A stretch of 64,000 nt of DNA from Octopus sinensis (taxonomy: Eukaryota): positions 52,638,001-52,702,000 of the forward strand of contig NC_043012.1 in NCBI RefSeq assembly GCF_006345805.1, written 5' to 3'. Positions 1 through 14,129 of this stretch are shown here, piece by piece. The position numbers and the translations under genes were made by a program. The notes under the pieces were generated by a model. The model saw only the letters and a list, made by a program, of their open reading frames with translations, was not told the origin of the DNA and made no database searches. How positions within the stretch are numbered: position 1 is the first letter of the stretch; every line of letters begins with the position of its first letter.

Positions 1-1140
1 TTAAAATGGAAAAAAATCTTTGTCTTATTTGTGACAGAGTCGTATTCGCGAGTGAATATTTATAAATGAGTGAAATGCCTGTTTTTTTAATCACTGTTCT
101 TCGTATGCATCGAAGCAGTAGCATTGTAGATATGTAAACAATACTGCAAGGGTAATATATTCTGAGATCTGCAGAAAGATAGAAAGTGACCAAGGTGTAA
201 AGGTATTATTGGCGCTAAAAGGGAACCGCAATTGTCGTGATGCAGTGTTTAGCCATGTTGTATATGTAAAGTGAGTATGAGAGCGCTTCGGAGTTAACGA
301 GGCTAAAATTTGCACCAAATTAGAGGGTTTTTTTAGGCGTTGTTAATCACTAGAGTGTATTACCTACATGTTTGTATATTTGGTGTGTGTAGTGATCGTG
401 GGGCACTGGAATGAATAAAAAGAACAAAAACACAACGACTGACAGGATTCAAGCCGCCAATCTATCCCTTACAGGGCTGCAGGATTATCGATTACCTTTC
501 GGAGATCCAATACATGTGCGGTTACGTATATTTATATATGGGTTTGCACGAATACGTCTCGCTGTGCGTCTGTGTGCTGTGTATTTGTGCATGTGTTAGT
601 GTGTATCTGTATGTGTGTGTGTGTACGTATTGTTGTGCATCTGTATGGTGTGTGTACGTATGAGTATGTGTGTGTGAGCGTGTATGGGTGCCTGTATATT
701 TCAGTGCCTGTTTGTTTATGAGTCAGGATGTGTGTGTGTGGTAAAAGTAATGCCGATTGCTAAGCGTGTGTTCTGTTGGGGGATGTTGACTGTAAATATG
801 TTCCAACTGAATCAGCCGATACCATTCATTAACAAAGCCAAACCATTGATCAGTAGAGTTAATACTTGGCCTTTACAGGTGTTATTAATGGAACTCACTC
901 ATTGCAACACTGCACTGTCATAAATTGTCCTAAACACAACTGACATGGCACAGCTCAAATAGTCTCATTCTCACTGTGCACCCACTCTGCAAGCGTGCTC
1001 TCTCGCGCGCGCGTGTGTGGGTGTTTGTCTCTGAGTGTGTGTGCGTGTGTGTGCGTGCGTGTGTGTGTGTGTGTGTGTGTGTGCGTGTGTGTGTGTGTGT
1101 TACTCTTTCTGCTCTTCCTTATCTATCTGATACACTCTTT

Positions 1141-1149
1141 CACTATCTG

Positions 1150-1181
<32 letters not shown>

Positions 1182-1633
1182 ACTAACTATCTATCTAACT
1201 ACCTATCTATCTAACTATATATCTATCTATCTATCTAACTATCTATCTATCTAACTATATATCTATCTATCTATCTATCAATCTAACTATCTATCTAACT
1301 AAGTACCTATCTATCTAACTATATATATATATATCAATCTAACTATCTATCTAACTACCTTTCTATTTAACTATATATCTATCTAATCTATCTAACTATC
1401 TAACTATCTCTCTATCAATCTAACTATCTATCTAACTACCTATCTATCTAACTATCTATCTAACTAACTATCTAACTAACTATTTAACTATCTATCAATC
1501 TAACTATCTATCTAAGTATCTATCTATATAACTATATATCTATCTATTTAACTATCTATCTATCTATCAATCTAACTATCTATCTATCTAACTATCTATC
1601 TAACCATCTATCTATTTAACTATCTATCTATCT
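1141..1633. repeat. Compound (CTAT)n/(CTAA)n microsatellite
   Basis: Interleaved ctat/ctaa units over about 490 bp. Confidence 0.9.
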
Positions 1634-1671
1634 GTCAATGTATGCATTTACTTATCAAGCGTGTCTCTGTC

Positions 1672-1807
1672 GTAAGTAGCTTGCTGCCCAACCGAATGGT
1701 TCCGGGTTCAGTATCTCTGCGTGAAACCGTGGGCAAGTGACTTCTACAATAGCCTTATGAATGTATTTGGTAGACGGAATCTGAAATAATCACGTCGTAT
1801 GTGTGTA

Positions 1808-1850
<43 letters not shown>

Positions 1851-1852
1851 TG

Positions 1853-1884
<32 letters not shown>

Positions 1885-2100
1885 TGTGTGTCTTTGTCTA
1901 TGTTTGCTTCCCCATAACCCTTTGATAACCGGTGTAGGTGTGTTATCGTCCCTGTCACCTTACAGTTCGCAAAAGAAACCGATAGAATAAGTAATCAGCT
2001 TTAAAAATAATAAGTCCTAGGGTCGACTTGTTCGACTAAAAACCCTTCAAGGTGGTGCTCCAGCATGGCCGTAGTCTAATGACTGAAACAAGTAAAAGAA
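1672..2100 (+). mobile_element. tRNA-derived SINE family C with internal (GT)n/(GTGC)n
   Basis: Head with B-box-like GGGTTCAG and gggcaagtgacttctacaatagcc; 3' tail gtcgacttgttcgactaaaacccttcaaggtggtgctccagcatggcc...gactgaaacaagtaaaaga shared with copies near 19140 and 44320. Confidence 0.75.
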
Positions 2101-2199
2101 TAACAGATTATCTCTATCTCTACGTTTCCTTCTCTCTCTCTCTCATCGATCATATAATTTTTCTCTTTAAATCTACTGATTTTCCTTAACTATACTTGT

Positions 2200-2575
2200 T
2201 TCCCTAGGTCTGTGGGAAGACCATTCTTACCATACAAGGATGCTTGCGAAAGGGACATGAAGGCCTGCGACATCAACATTAGCAACTGGGAAGCAGTTGC
2301 CAGCAACCGTGGAGATTGGCGACGGACCGTAAAAGAGGGAACACAAAGGAGTGACAGAGAGAGAGAGGAGAAATGGAAAGACAAGAAAAGACGTCAACAA
2401 GAAACTATGACATTACGACCAGCCAGGAACCTGCCAGAGGGAGTGTTTGTCCGGAGTAGGACTACACAGCCACAGCAGGAGATGTATTAGGACATGAAAG
2501 TAAAAGCCGGACTAGATTATTTTATGCGCAACTCCATTGTCTCCCGAGACAAAAAGGATGCCAACAACAACAACA
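2200..2575 (+). mobile_element. RTE (BovB-like) LINE 3' fragment
   Basis: Translation GRPFLPYKDACERDMKACDINISNWEAVASNRGDWRRTVKEG is typical of an RTE C-terminus; ends ctccattgtctcccgagac...ggatgcc plus (CAA)n tail. Confidence 0.8.
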
Positions 2576-3102
2576 CTTGTCTCCTTTTACATTCTAACTC
2601 ACCTCACTCATTAAACCTTTACTTCTCTCCCTTGTCGTCTTACTCAAATCATACATACCCACTATATCTGCCGGTCAATCTGGAGCGAAGACTCTCTGTA
2701 TTCGATTGACCTGATAAAGCAAACTACAACATCTCCCTTCAATTTCAAGAGCACTCCAGGCTTATTTCAATAAGACTGTGTGTTATTGACAGGAATATCT
2801 TTAATTATATAAATGTGCAGTCAGAATTGACCTGGGGTTAAACAACATCGCATACTCTGGCGTACCCTTCTATTACTTAGTCCTAGAGCCATTTAATTTC
2901 TCCAATCGAGGAAGATGGAGAAATCTCTCTGCCACAATGGTAATCTGACGTCTTTCTTCTCCCTACCCCCTATCTCCCTCTGTCTCTTTTTCTCTCTTTT
3001 TCTCTTTCATCCCATCTCTCTCTCTTTCTCTTTCTCTCACACACGCACACACACACACTTTTACATACGGATAGACAAACATGACAGAGATTTATATATA
3101 CA

Positions 3103-3520
3103 TATTAGACTACCCGTGACCCGTTGGATACCAATAGTTCAAGATACCCGAAAAAACGTGTATCTCCGGAAACCATGGTCCGATTTACGCGAAATTTGTT
3201 TTATTCCGTTTGTATTCACATTTCAGGGGCTCTTTACTTTCAGAGTATTTTCCCAAATTACAGACAAAATGCACGCAAACAAAACTATCCAGATGTTCAT
3301 AGTAAAGAGCAATAACTCCAGGTTTCACTGCTTAAATTTGTGGAAACAAACCCCAAAAATGCGTATCTCAGGAATCCGTGGTCCGATTTGCGCGAAATCT
3401 GTTTACATTTACATTTTAGGAGTACCTTACGTTCAGAGTATTTTCCCATTATGCACCGGTTTGGCTGTATTAAATTACAGAAAAGCTACAAGCAATCACA
3501 GACTTTTAGCATTATTTATC
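3103..3520 (+). mobile_element. Helitron/Helentron-like non-autonomous (HINE-type) element
   Basis: Starts attagactacccgtgacccg; internal duplicated block gtatctc...ggtccgattt.cgcgaaat...ttcagagtattttccca (about 3160-3255 and 3362-3448); ends cacagacttttagcatt. Family assignment is by resemblance only. Confidence 0.4.
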
Positions 3521-3583
3521 TTTCTCTCTCTCTCTATTTATCTTTCTCATACTTTCTCTCTCGCTAGCGCTCTTCTCCACTTC

Positions 3584-3631
<48 letters not shown>

Positions 3632-3914
3632 ATGCATCTTTTAGCGCTCTTCATTTCTTTCTCTCTTTCTCTCCTCTCCTTTTCCCTTAAATCTGCCACC
3701 CCAGTTACACTAACAAAAGTTTTAGGTTTTTTTCTTCTTCTATGATCAGTAAATGTTATTTCCTATTTGCTTCTATCTAGAAATTAAAGGATATGACTAC
3801 TATTCCCTTCAAACTTTGCTTTTTGTGCTTTGGGCATCTGTGTTTTGAAACTTACCTATGTTCCATTAAATTTCAAGTAGATTCAGCACTGAATTACTGA
3901 AGCAGAAATATCAC

Positions 3915-4090
3915 AACAGCAAATATTCTGCTCAATAACACAGACTTGCTTAAAAACTTGACCATGTCTCTTAGTAGCTGACGATATGTACATTTCTGGT
4001 CATGTGAAGGACTCCTGCAACTATCATAGCCATGTGAGGAAGCTTTATAGCCATATGTTGAAAGGGATTCTTTGGTGTTTGAATAAATGT
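3915..4090 (-). repeat. Degenerate partial copy of the (TAA)n-associated non-coding element seen at 16810-17363
   Basis: acagcaaatattctgctcaata...ttagtagctgacgatatgt...atcatagccat...ttctttggtgtttgaataa matches 63470-63650. Confidence 0.65.
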
Positions 4091-4223
4091 AACAAAAGCA
4101 AAATTTGAAAGAAATATTAGCCATTTTTCGTACTTTTTAGGGGTGAGCAAATAGGAAATAACTGTTGCTACCCAAGGATAAAAATCCTGTTATACTGTAT
4201 TATGTATTACTAATGTACTCTTT

Positions 4224-4611
4224 ATGAAGGCGCAATGGCCCAGTGGTTAGGGCAGCGGACTCGCGGTCATAGGATCGCGGTTTCGATTCCCAGACCGGGC
4301 GTTGTGAGTGTTTATTGAGCGAAAACACCTAAAAAGCTCCACGAGGCTCCGGCAGGGGATGGTGGTGATCCCTGCTGTACTCTTTCACCACAACTTTCTC
4401 TCACTCTTACTTCCTGTTTCTGTTGTACCTGTATTTCAAAGGGCCGGCCTTGTCACTCTCTGTGTCACGCTGAATATCCCCGAGAACTACGTTAAGGGTG
4501 CACGTGTCTGTGGAGTGCTCAGCCACTTACACGTTAATTTCACGAGCAGGCTGTTCCGCTGATTCGGATCAACCGGAACCCTCATCGTCGTAACCGACGG
4601 AGTGTTTCCAT
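4224..4611 (+). mobile_element. tRNA-derived SINE family A, full length
   Basis: A-box TGGCCCAGTGG, B-box-like GGTTTCGATTCC; 13-bp TSD taatgtactcttt at 4211-4223 and 4612-4624; near-identical to copies at 35750 and 57209. Confidence 0.9.
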
Positions 4612-5162
4612 TAATGTACTCTTTCTTTGCAAGTACTCGAAAACCAGCCAACAGACTAACATGCACTCGGTCGCTCAATGTGGTAGAAAGAGCTGCGAAA
4701 CCTCCATCAAAGGCGGAAATGTCATGCCTGGAATCTTCTGACCAGAGATCTGCTCGATCAGCGCTGATTCGGAACGAACCAGCAACAGTAACATCCACCA
4801 TTCAAATCCTCAGTTATTTTATTTTTTCTTGTTTTCTATATTATTGTTATCTCCCTTTATCATTTATACTCTCCTGACACCCTTTATTTTCAACTTCTGA
4901 TTAATCTCTATTTCTCTTTATTTCGTCTCTCTTTCTTTGTCCTTCTAACAAATACACCCCTCTCTCTTTGTATGATGTAAATACACTCCCCCCTCTCTCT
5001 CTCACTCTCTCTCTCTCTTTCGCTCTCCATTTTCTAACCTATTATTTTTCTAACTCTCATTATTCTCTTATTATCATTTACCTTTCTTTTACCGTTCTAA
5101 CACATGCTCTCCCTCTATTTCTCACACGTTCCTCTCTTGCTTTTTCTCTCACACATATACAT

Positions 5163-5203
<41 letters not shown>

Positions 5204-5417
5204 TACATCTAGCCCTTTATTTCTTTTCTATCTCTCATTATTCTCTCCCTGTCTTTACATTCTCTCTCTATTTTACGTCTTTGTAACACGCCCTCTCTCG
5301 CATATACGCACTTACGCATTTTCATTCTCTTCCACTCTTCACTTTCTCTCTCTCACCTGCACTCTCTTTCTGTCCATCTCTCTCTCACTTTCTCTCTGCC
5401 ACTCTCTCTCTCTCCAT

Positions 5418-5492
<75 letters not shown>

Positions 5493-5659
5493 TTTCTAAC
5501 ATGGCCATTATTTATTGCAGGGACCAGTTCTGTGCGCATGTAGTGAAACGCCTTGAAATTAAGCGTAATTAATTGAGCTAACAAAGCTGGATTGCAGGAC
5601 ACCATGTGACGTTGGAATTGCTTTCTCGTAGTTTATGACTGACCGCCATTGCAATCATC

Positions 5660-6089
5660 CACATCATCATCATCATCTTCATCCTCATTATCATCATCAT
5701 CATCCATCATCATCATGATCATCATCATCACCACCACCATCCCTCATCATCATTATCATTGTCGTCATCACCACACGCATTATCATCATCACCCTATCAT
5801 CATCAACGTCGACATCATCATCATCATCATCATCCTCATCCGCATTATCATCTTCATCATCCATGATCATCATCATCAGCAGCACCCCCATCACCATCAC
5901 CATCCATTATCATCATCATCATTGTTGTCATCATCGCACGCATTATCATCATCACCCTATCATCATCAACATCGACATCATCATCAACATCGACATCATC
6001 ATCATCACCACCACCACCTCCATCCATCATCATCATTGTCGTCATCATCGAACGCATTATCATAATCACCCTATCATCGTCATCATCAT

Positions 6090-6134
<45 letters not shown>

Positions 6135-6160
6135 GTCATCATCATCATCACTACCATCAC
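5660..6160. repeat. (CAT)n-rich microsatellite with higher-order duplicated blocks
   Basis: cgcattatcat.atcaccctatcatc recurs at about 5777, 5938 and 6053. Confidence 0.8.
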
Positions 6161-6441
6161 CAGCACCAGCAACAGCAACTAAACCATCATCGTCTCTTGG
6201 TCCTCATCTTCGCTGCAATAAGTACTGCAACCAACAACAACGCCAAATGTGTCTTCCCCATCATCAGCAGCAGATTCAGAAGAAGAAGCAGCAGCAGCAG
6301 CAGCAGCAGCGTCACGGATTTCGCCATCTTCGTTATTGTCGCAATAATGAGTAACATCATCATGACCATCCTTATCCTGCTCGATTAGAGATGACCTCAG
6401 ACCAAACAACAACACAGCAACAAATACCACGACAACAACAT

Positions 6442-6491
<50 letters not shown>

Positions 6492-6516
6492 GCTACTACT
6501 GCTGCTGCTGCTGCTG

Positions 6517-6547
<31 letters not shown>

Positions 6548-6609
6548 AGCAAAATGGACCTTAAACGCCCTGCCTAAAGTTTCTGCCACCCGGTATTATC
6601 AGGGTATAT

Positions 6610-7110
6610 CTTCTTCTTCTTCTTCTTCTTCTTCTTCTTCTTCTTCTTCTTCTTCTTCTTCTTCTTCTTCTTCTTCTTCTTCTTCTGGCATTCACCCGTG
6701 GTGGGTTGAGCGGGCTTCATTCATCCTCAATGCTGCATCTCTTACAAACGCCGACCAAGCCTGGCTACTTGAGGCTAACGACCGCGTGATCTCCAACCAC
6801 GGCGAACGCCGTAGACATGGGGGCCTAGGTTGGGTTCCATATCAGCCTTGACTGTCGTCAGCCAGGTTTTTCGTTGTCCACTACATCGCTTTCGCCAACC
6901 CTGAAAGGGAGCTGGGGCAATTGCTTCGTAGATGAATTTTCCTGGTTGACGACGGAGGGCATTACCCAGCCAACGCTGACGTCTCGTTAGGATGACTTGT
7001 CGGAGGGAGGTGATTCTGCACTGGTATCCCACCGAATTGTTGGAGACAAAGTGATGCCATCGGACACGAAGGATGCGGCGTAGACAGAGGTGATCGAAAG
7101 ATTCTAGTCG
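6610..7110 (-). mobile_element. RTE-clade LINE 3' fragment with (GAA)n tail
   Basis: Minus-strand RLESFDHLCLRRILRVRWHHFVSN...RQRWLGNALRR...GQRKTWLTTVKADM; (TTC)n at about 6610-6685 is the tail. Confidence 0.85.
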
Positions 7111-9175
7111 CTTAATATATATTATATATATATGGGTGTACCTCACACCACTGAACCCATTTAGTAAGGTGTATGTTATGTAGTTGACCCCACGATGCAA
7201 TTTGTGACACTTTTGGATTTCTAATGACATTAATCCTGTAGCATTCGGATTACTCTGTTCAATGTAAAGCTTATTTATTCTCATTGTTTGGAATCCACCA
7301 CGCATTTATCTCGTAGATTTGAGATTGCCATGATGTCAATCTTCATTTTAGAATAACAATGTAGGGTAAGTGTGAAAAGCAGGATCTGGCCAGTTTGAGC
7401 ATAAAACATCAAGACTTTGTGAACCAGATGTAGCCGTTTTAAAATTTAACTTAAAAATTGGCGAAACATTACAACCTCGTTATATATTTGCTACTTCTAC
7501 TTTTCCCTTTTATTCGTAGAAGCGACACATTTCATTTATTTATAATTGAAAAGCAGTAACAGCATAACCTATAGTGAAAACCTTAACTGTGGTTAAATAA
7601 AGAGACAAAGAATAATTATGGTTATGAACAGCCTCTGTAATTATGTGCATAGTTAAGTCAATGAACATATCAGGTGGTTGTTCAACCACTGTAAGTTTTA
7701 TTTTCACCAAGTAAGTACTGGTGAAACATGAATTTTTCAGTTCATTTCTTTAGATTCTAGAAGATTTGAGAATTGATTATGGTACAATAAAAAAAAAAAC
7801 TGACATACCTTTGTTTTACAATGCTGTCTGTGAATTTTGCTTGGTTTGTGTAAATTTGAAACCGAGACCACGAGTTTACTATTTGCCAAAACATGAAAAT
7901 AAATCAAACTGATTCGTGTTCAGAATTGTACACATCTAATTAGGATCGTTTCTCTCCACTCGTTCCACCCATTCCACATTATACAAATGTGATCATAGAC
8001 ACACGCACGCTTAAACTTATACACACACACACACTCACACACATGTACATGTATTCATGTATATATGTTTGTATGCATGAATGGTATACACATATTTATA
8101 TATGCATACACACATGCATACACACATAGACGCATACGTATATGTATATATAATATGAGTTAAAAGTCAAATTTTGAGATGAAATCACGTTGGACTCGAC
8201 TTTGCTTTTCAATCTTCTGTGATCAATAATATGATTACATACATGCATAGACACAAGAACAACAAGTTTGGGTCAGCATGAACAGTCGATTATATTGACT
8301 CCATTTGTTGAGTGATATTTATTTTATCGAACCAGGAAGATGAAAGGCATTTGACCTCAGCGGGATTCGAAATAAGAGCATAAAGAACCATATCAAATAC
8401 TGCAGTACATATTGTCTGATGCTGTAACGATTTTGTTAATCCATCGCACACTGAGGTTGATACTATGATGGATCCTTCGTCGGTTTCAACGATGAGCATT
8501 CAGATGTTCGATTAACTGGACATCTAACTTGTTCATTTATTAGGAAGTGGATGAGTATTCGATAGACACGAGCTCTCTTATCGTAATGAAAACTATGTGA
8601 CAATTCTAGGCATTTGGATAACAGATAAAATCAATCCGACGGGCTTACACACAGTTTCTCTCTGTCCAGTTTCCATAACAAAGCTTGGGTCGATTCGGGG
8701 CTACATTAAAGGAACTTTCTCAAGATGCAATATTAAGAGATCAAACCCTGAACCTCAAGATTCAGAAGCAATTTTCTTAACTAGTCAACCATGCCTACGT
8801 ACACGGTTGCTGATTTAAAATCCTAGTAAAAAATTGTTTTCGAACTCTCTAAAGATCCCTTTTGGTCACGAATGACCAAGAGATTGCCCTGAGAATGTTT
8901 CCCTCCGAAGCACAAGTCCGGGCAAAGTCGTGTGTGGAGTCACCCATGCATACCAGCATCTCCTCTCTATGCCATCGATGTCGTCCAGGGAAAATCATTA
9001 AAATTGATACATATAACTGCATATGTCCATACTTGCGCATGTAAAAAGTTTCTTTCTCTTCATGAATTTTCACCATGCGCTAGTTGGGGAGTTTATGTGC
9101 ATCTATGCATCCCTATCAGATTCGATCATGCTGGACAGATCACAGTCTAGATGCTAGACCAAACGGTATCTCTGG

Positions 9176-9400
9176 CGAGCTGGCAGAAACGTTAGCGCGC
9201 CGGGCGAAATGCTTAGCGGTACTTCGTCTGCGTTACGTTGTGAGTTCAAATTCCGCCGAGGTCGACTTTGCCTTTCATCCTTTCGGGGTCGATAAATTAA
9301 GTACCAGTTACGCACTGGGGTCGATGTAATCGACTTAATACCTATGTCTGTCCTTGTTTGTCCCCTCTGTGTTTAGCCCCTTGTGGGTAATAAAGAAATA
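9176..9400 (+). mobile_element. tRNA-derived SINE family B, long (Tx1-like-tailed) form, solo copy
   Basis: B-box GAGTTCAAATTCC; central gactttgcctttcatcctttcggggtcgataaattaagtacca (resembles the Meta/MESC SINE core, not verified); 11-bp TSD ggtatctctgg at 9165-9175 and 9401-9411. Confidence 0.85.
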
Positions 9401-9807
9401 GGTATCTCTGGTCTTCTTTTTAGGATTTTGGTACGGAGTTAACTGCCTGACATTGTGAATAATCTGCACCTGCTACAGACATACTGACGAAGAGACCAAA
9501 GCAATCTCATAGATCTGGTTACCTGGTAGACCCTAAAAAGAGAGAGTGAAATACTCCTTGCGATATAACCTGCAAAATGAAGTGATATAATCGAGAAGGA
9601 GAGAAATTGGGGAGGAAAGCTCATGAGGGAAATTAACGAAGCGAGATTGTCGATGGTCTCTACTCCGAGAGGAATCAGAAGCCTGAAATATGTTCATGGG
9701 GATTTATACCAATTTGATTGGATGCACTGTCATTCCTGTGGACTTATACCAATAAGATTGAGCGCAATAGGTAGGTCACCGGGCATGAGTTCAAATACTG
9801 CTAAGAT

Positions 9808-9981
9808 GCATTATTTACATTATTTACATTTGACGGATATTTGTCTTCATCTTGTTTGTTGTTAACACAACGTTTCGGCTGATATACCCACGGGTATATG
9901 GCGTAGTGGTTAAGAGGGCAAGCTTCTAACCCCAAGATTCCGAATGAGAACCTGGATTCTCATTCCTAAGGTATTCTACGA

Positions 9982-10035
<54 letters not shown>

Positions 10036-10200
10036 CCAGGTCACTGCCTGGAATCGAACTCGAAATCTTGGGGTTAGTAGCCCGCTGTCTTAAACACTAC
10101 GCCATATGCCCGTGGGTATATCAGCCGAAACAAACAAGATGAGGATAAATATCCCTTAAATGTAAATAATGTACATAATTCCTCATCTCTTAAATATAGA
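9808..10200. mobile_element. Inverted-repeat composite: half-hammerhead module plus tRNA-like head, around (ATT)n
   Basis: Arms at about 9815-9943 and 10060-10172 are reverse complements; 11-bp direct repeat actgctaagat at 9797-9807 and 10201-10211. Confidence 0.7.
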
Positions 10201-10776
10201 ACTGCTAAGATAGTCTTTCATGTTTCTGCTTCAGAATGTATGAAATAAGGACCAAATACTAGAATCGATCTCATACATATTACCGTTCCTTCAAAAATTT
10301 GTACCCGCTTGGCCTACATGAGAATTCATTAACTGCAAATATGTATACACAAATACAGATGTATCTGCCTACGTAAAAATATATTTGTGACTCTGTATGT
10401 GTGTGTGTATATGTGAGTGTGATTGTATATGCATGTTGTGTATGTGTGTTTCTGTGTTTGTACGTGTTGTGTATGCGTCTGTCTGTACCTGTGTTGTGCA
10501 TGTGTCGTGCGTATGTATGGCGGATATGAATGCTTTCTGTGTATGTGTTTGTAATATGTTATCTGTCAACGAAAGAAAACTGTTGAATCAGGCATGAATT
10601 AATAAGGAACAACTGGTGAGCGATAATGAATTGAGTTATTTATAGTAAATATTTTAATCATATTAAATCAACCAACAGTTTTCTTTTAACTTCTGGTTAT
10701 AACATTCTGCAAATTTCTTGTAAAAATTTTCAAGCCTTAATCAATATATATATACATACATATATATATATATATG

Positions 10777-10841
<65 letters not shown>

Positions 10842-10846
10842 GCATG

Positions 10847-10885
<39 letters not shown>

Positions 10886-11001
10886 TATTATATATATAAT
10901 ATATATATATATACACACATATTGAATTATAAACAACATACATGCATACGTATATGCACATACATGGAATGTGTATATATGTATGAATACATGCATGTAT
11001 T

Positions 11002-11090
<89 letters not shown>

Positions 11091-12231
11091 TGTGAGTGAG
11101 TGTATTCTCATTGCTCTTTCATTTACGGCGTTACTTCATTTTTTGAAAATTAAAATGTCTTTTTTTATTTTTAATTTAGCTGATTGAATTTATTTTTCCT
11201 TTACTGTTCCGTGTTCTTTTTATTGTTGTTATTTTTGGTGTTATTATACACTCCTGCTGCTGTTTGCAGTATTAGTAATATTATTTATTTAAAGCACCAA
11301 AAAAACACACACTATATTTAAGTTAACCGAAGAAGTATTGGTAGAGCTCGGTTTTTTTAATTAACTTATATATTCTTATGCATTTATTTATTTAATCTAT
11401 TTATCTATTTGTATATTTATTTATTTATTTATATATTTATTTATCCTTTCATTAATTTATTTAAAATAAGCGAAGAAAATTCCATCACATCGTACCATTC
11501 GACTTTGGAATATAAGAATAGAATTATAGCTTTTTGATGAGTACTTTCCAGAGAGAATTGTAATAAATTATCTATTAGTAAAAAAAAAAACAAAGAAAGA
11601 AAACAAAGCAAAAACAATAAAAAAAACTAATAGGAAAAGAAACAAAAAAAGAACCTCGTAAAAATATAAAAACTAAATATATATTTAATGATCGCTTACA
11701 ATGTAGGATTAAGCTTAATTTCCGTTATATATAGATAATTTCCCCTTTCGTTTTAATTGAAAACATAAATAAAAAGGTTTCGCTCTTACAGGTTTTCCAC
11801 GAATGTTTTTTTTCTTGTCTGTTTGTTTTATGACTGTTTTATTTTTTTATTTGTGTATGTTTGTGTATATGTGTGTGGTCTTTATTTGTTTACGCTATTG
11901 ATTACTGAACGAATAAATTACTTATTTATTCATTTCATTTTGAAATATTTATTACCTAATATACATAAATACAAACAAGCATACTCGTCATCCAAGCATA
12001 CTTGCACATACGGAACACGCGTATGTGCAAGTATCGTGTATAAGCATGCGATGAGGCATGCATAATGCGTCGTGTATATGCAAACTGGTGCATACACGAA
12101 CACAACAACGCCACACGCACACACACACACACACAGACGTGTGTGTGTGTGTGTGTGTATACATATGCGTATACATTTATATACATGCATACAAACGCAC
12201 ACCTACTTACATACATTCAATGATAAATTCA

Positions 12232-12314
12232 TGGATAGATAGACAGATAGAGATAGAGAGACACAAGTAGATTGGCAGACAGACAGAAAGACAGTCAGAC
12301 AGATATATAGATAA

Positions 12315-12390
<76 letters not shown>

Positions 12391-12455
12391 GGAGGGAGGT
12401 AGATAGATAGATAGACTGACAGACAGACAGAGGGAGAGAGAGAGAAATAGGTAGG

Positions 12456-12531
<76 letters not shown>

Positions 12532-12584
12532 CTGACGGACAGACAGACAGATATACAGACAGACAGATATACAGACAGAAAGAC

Positions 12585-12659
<75 letters not shown>

Positions 12660-12718
12660 CTGACAGACAGACAGATATACAGACAGACAGACAGACAGAC
12701 AGATAGATATATATATAT

Positions 12719-12790
<72 letters not shown>
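12232..12790. repeat. Long (GATA)n/(GACA)n compound microsatellite
   Basis: Direct reading of the sequence. Confidence 0.95.
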
Positions 12791-13424
12791 GTGTATGTAT
12801 CTATGTACGTTTGTATGTATGTATGTGTGTGTATGTAAGTATGTATGTATGGATGGATGGATGGATGGATGGATGGACGATTGCATACTTGCACATCATA
12901 TACATTAACGCTGACGAATGAAGCCTATTATAAGTGTATAGCTTCATGTTTACATTCATGTTTATATTTACCAGAGCATAAAAGTACCATTCGTCACATG
13001 AAGCAGAGCTTATATTTATTGCAAACCAGTCAGTGGTTCGTTTCGCCATTACGGAATTGGTCCTTCTGCCCTGTGGAAGGTTCTCTTTCCACAAAGAGAT
13101 AAAATGCAGACGTTGTTCTCTTTGTCAGATGAAAATTGAAATGAGGAGCGACGATAAGGAGATAATGAATAACGAAAACGGTATTTACGTTATACCGACC
13201 TTTCAAGGATAGCTCCTATCAGCCTATTTTCATGTGAAACTGGCCTACCTGCTCGAAACCTCATTCCAGTTAGTATCCACCAGGGGATATGGCTTGTAGT
13301 AGATTATTGTCAAACATTCTGATAAAACCATCGGACTAGCACCCTACGATGCTGACCGTCATGGAATTGTTTATCAAACCGCCCAACTATAAGCATCCGA
13401 TTTACTTTGGTTAATTTGTTTCCT

Positions 13425-13652
13425 AATTTCTTTGTTGCCCACAAGGGGCTAAACATAGAGGGGAAAAACAAGGGCAGACAAGGGATTAGGCCGATTACAT
13501 CGACCCCGGAACACAACTGGTACTTACATCGCCCCCGAAAGGATGAAAGGCAAAGTCAACCTCGGCGGAATTTGAACTCAGAACGTAGCGGCTGACGAAA
13601 TACCGCTAAGCACTTCGCCCGGCGTGTTAACGTTTCTACCAGCTCGCCGCCT
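13425..13652 (-). mobile_element. SINE family B, long form
   Basis: Reverse complement of the 9176-9400 type, including the gcccacaaggggctaaacatagagggg tail. Confidence 0.85.
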
Positions 13653-14013
13653 AAATATGATTAATTTTTTCCGTGTTACGAACATACGAGACTCTAATGA
13701 GGAGCCGATTACGTCGGTTTTCATGGTTACCAACATCGTAACAATAATGTCGCTCATAACTCCCAACATGGACTTCGCGCGTCAGTTCAATGTTCGACCG
13801 TAAAGTTTTCCCAAGAGAAGCCAAATTTATAGCCTACTATAGATGTAACGCATAGGTTGAAGAACACATGAATACATATGTCCGGAACTGCACAGGGTTC
13901 CTAACGTCATCGCCGGCAGCAAATACCATCTACGTTCAACAGCATTATGGCCCAATCATTTTCGATGACTTTCGGTTTGACAAAGTGAGGAAAACTTTCT
14001 CCACCCTCAAGTA

Positions 14014-14090
<77 letters not shown>

Positions 14091-14129
14091 CATTTATTAT
14101 TATTATTATTATTATTATTATGATTATTA

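Noticed and set aside
740-965. Unique sequence with TAAT/ATAAA motifs suggestive of an enhancer
   Set aside because: Such motifs are expected by chance in AT-rich DNA; conservation data are required.
4308-4562. 84-aa ORF repeated near-identically at 35800 and 57342
   Set aside because: Lies wholly inside SINE-A; the recurrence reflects the repeat, not a gene.
10035-10112. Possible tRNA gene on the minus strand
   Set aside because: A and B boxes are present but I could not close a proper cloverleaf, and it is duplicated within a repeat; treated as a tRNA-derived head.
12203-12894. 199-227 aa ORFs rich in IYLS
   Set aside because: Read-through of (GATA)n, which lacks stops in some frames; the same applies to the ORFs near 34965, 48445 and 52832.
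13660-14010. Unique, moderately GC-rich segment before the (AAT)n tract
   Set aside because: The frames I translated gave only short peptides with no recognisable motif, and I found no second copy in the window.
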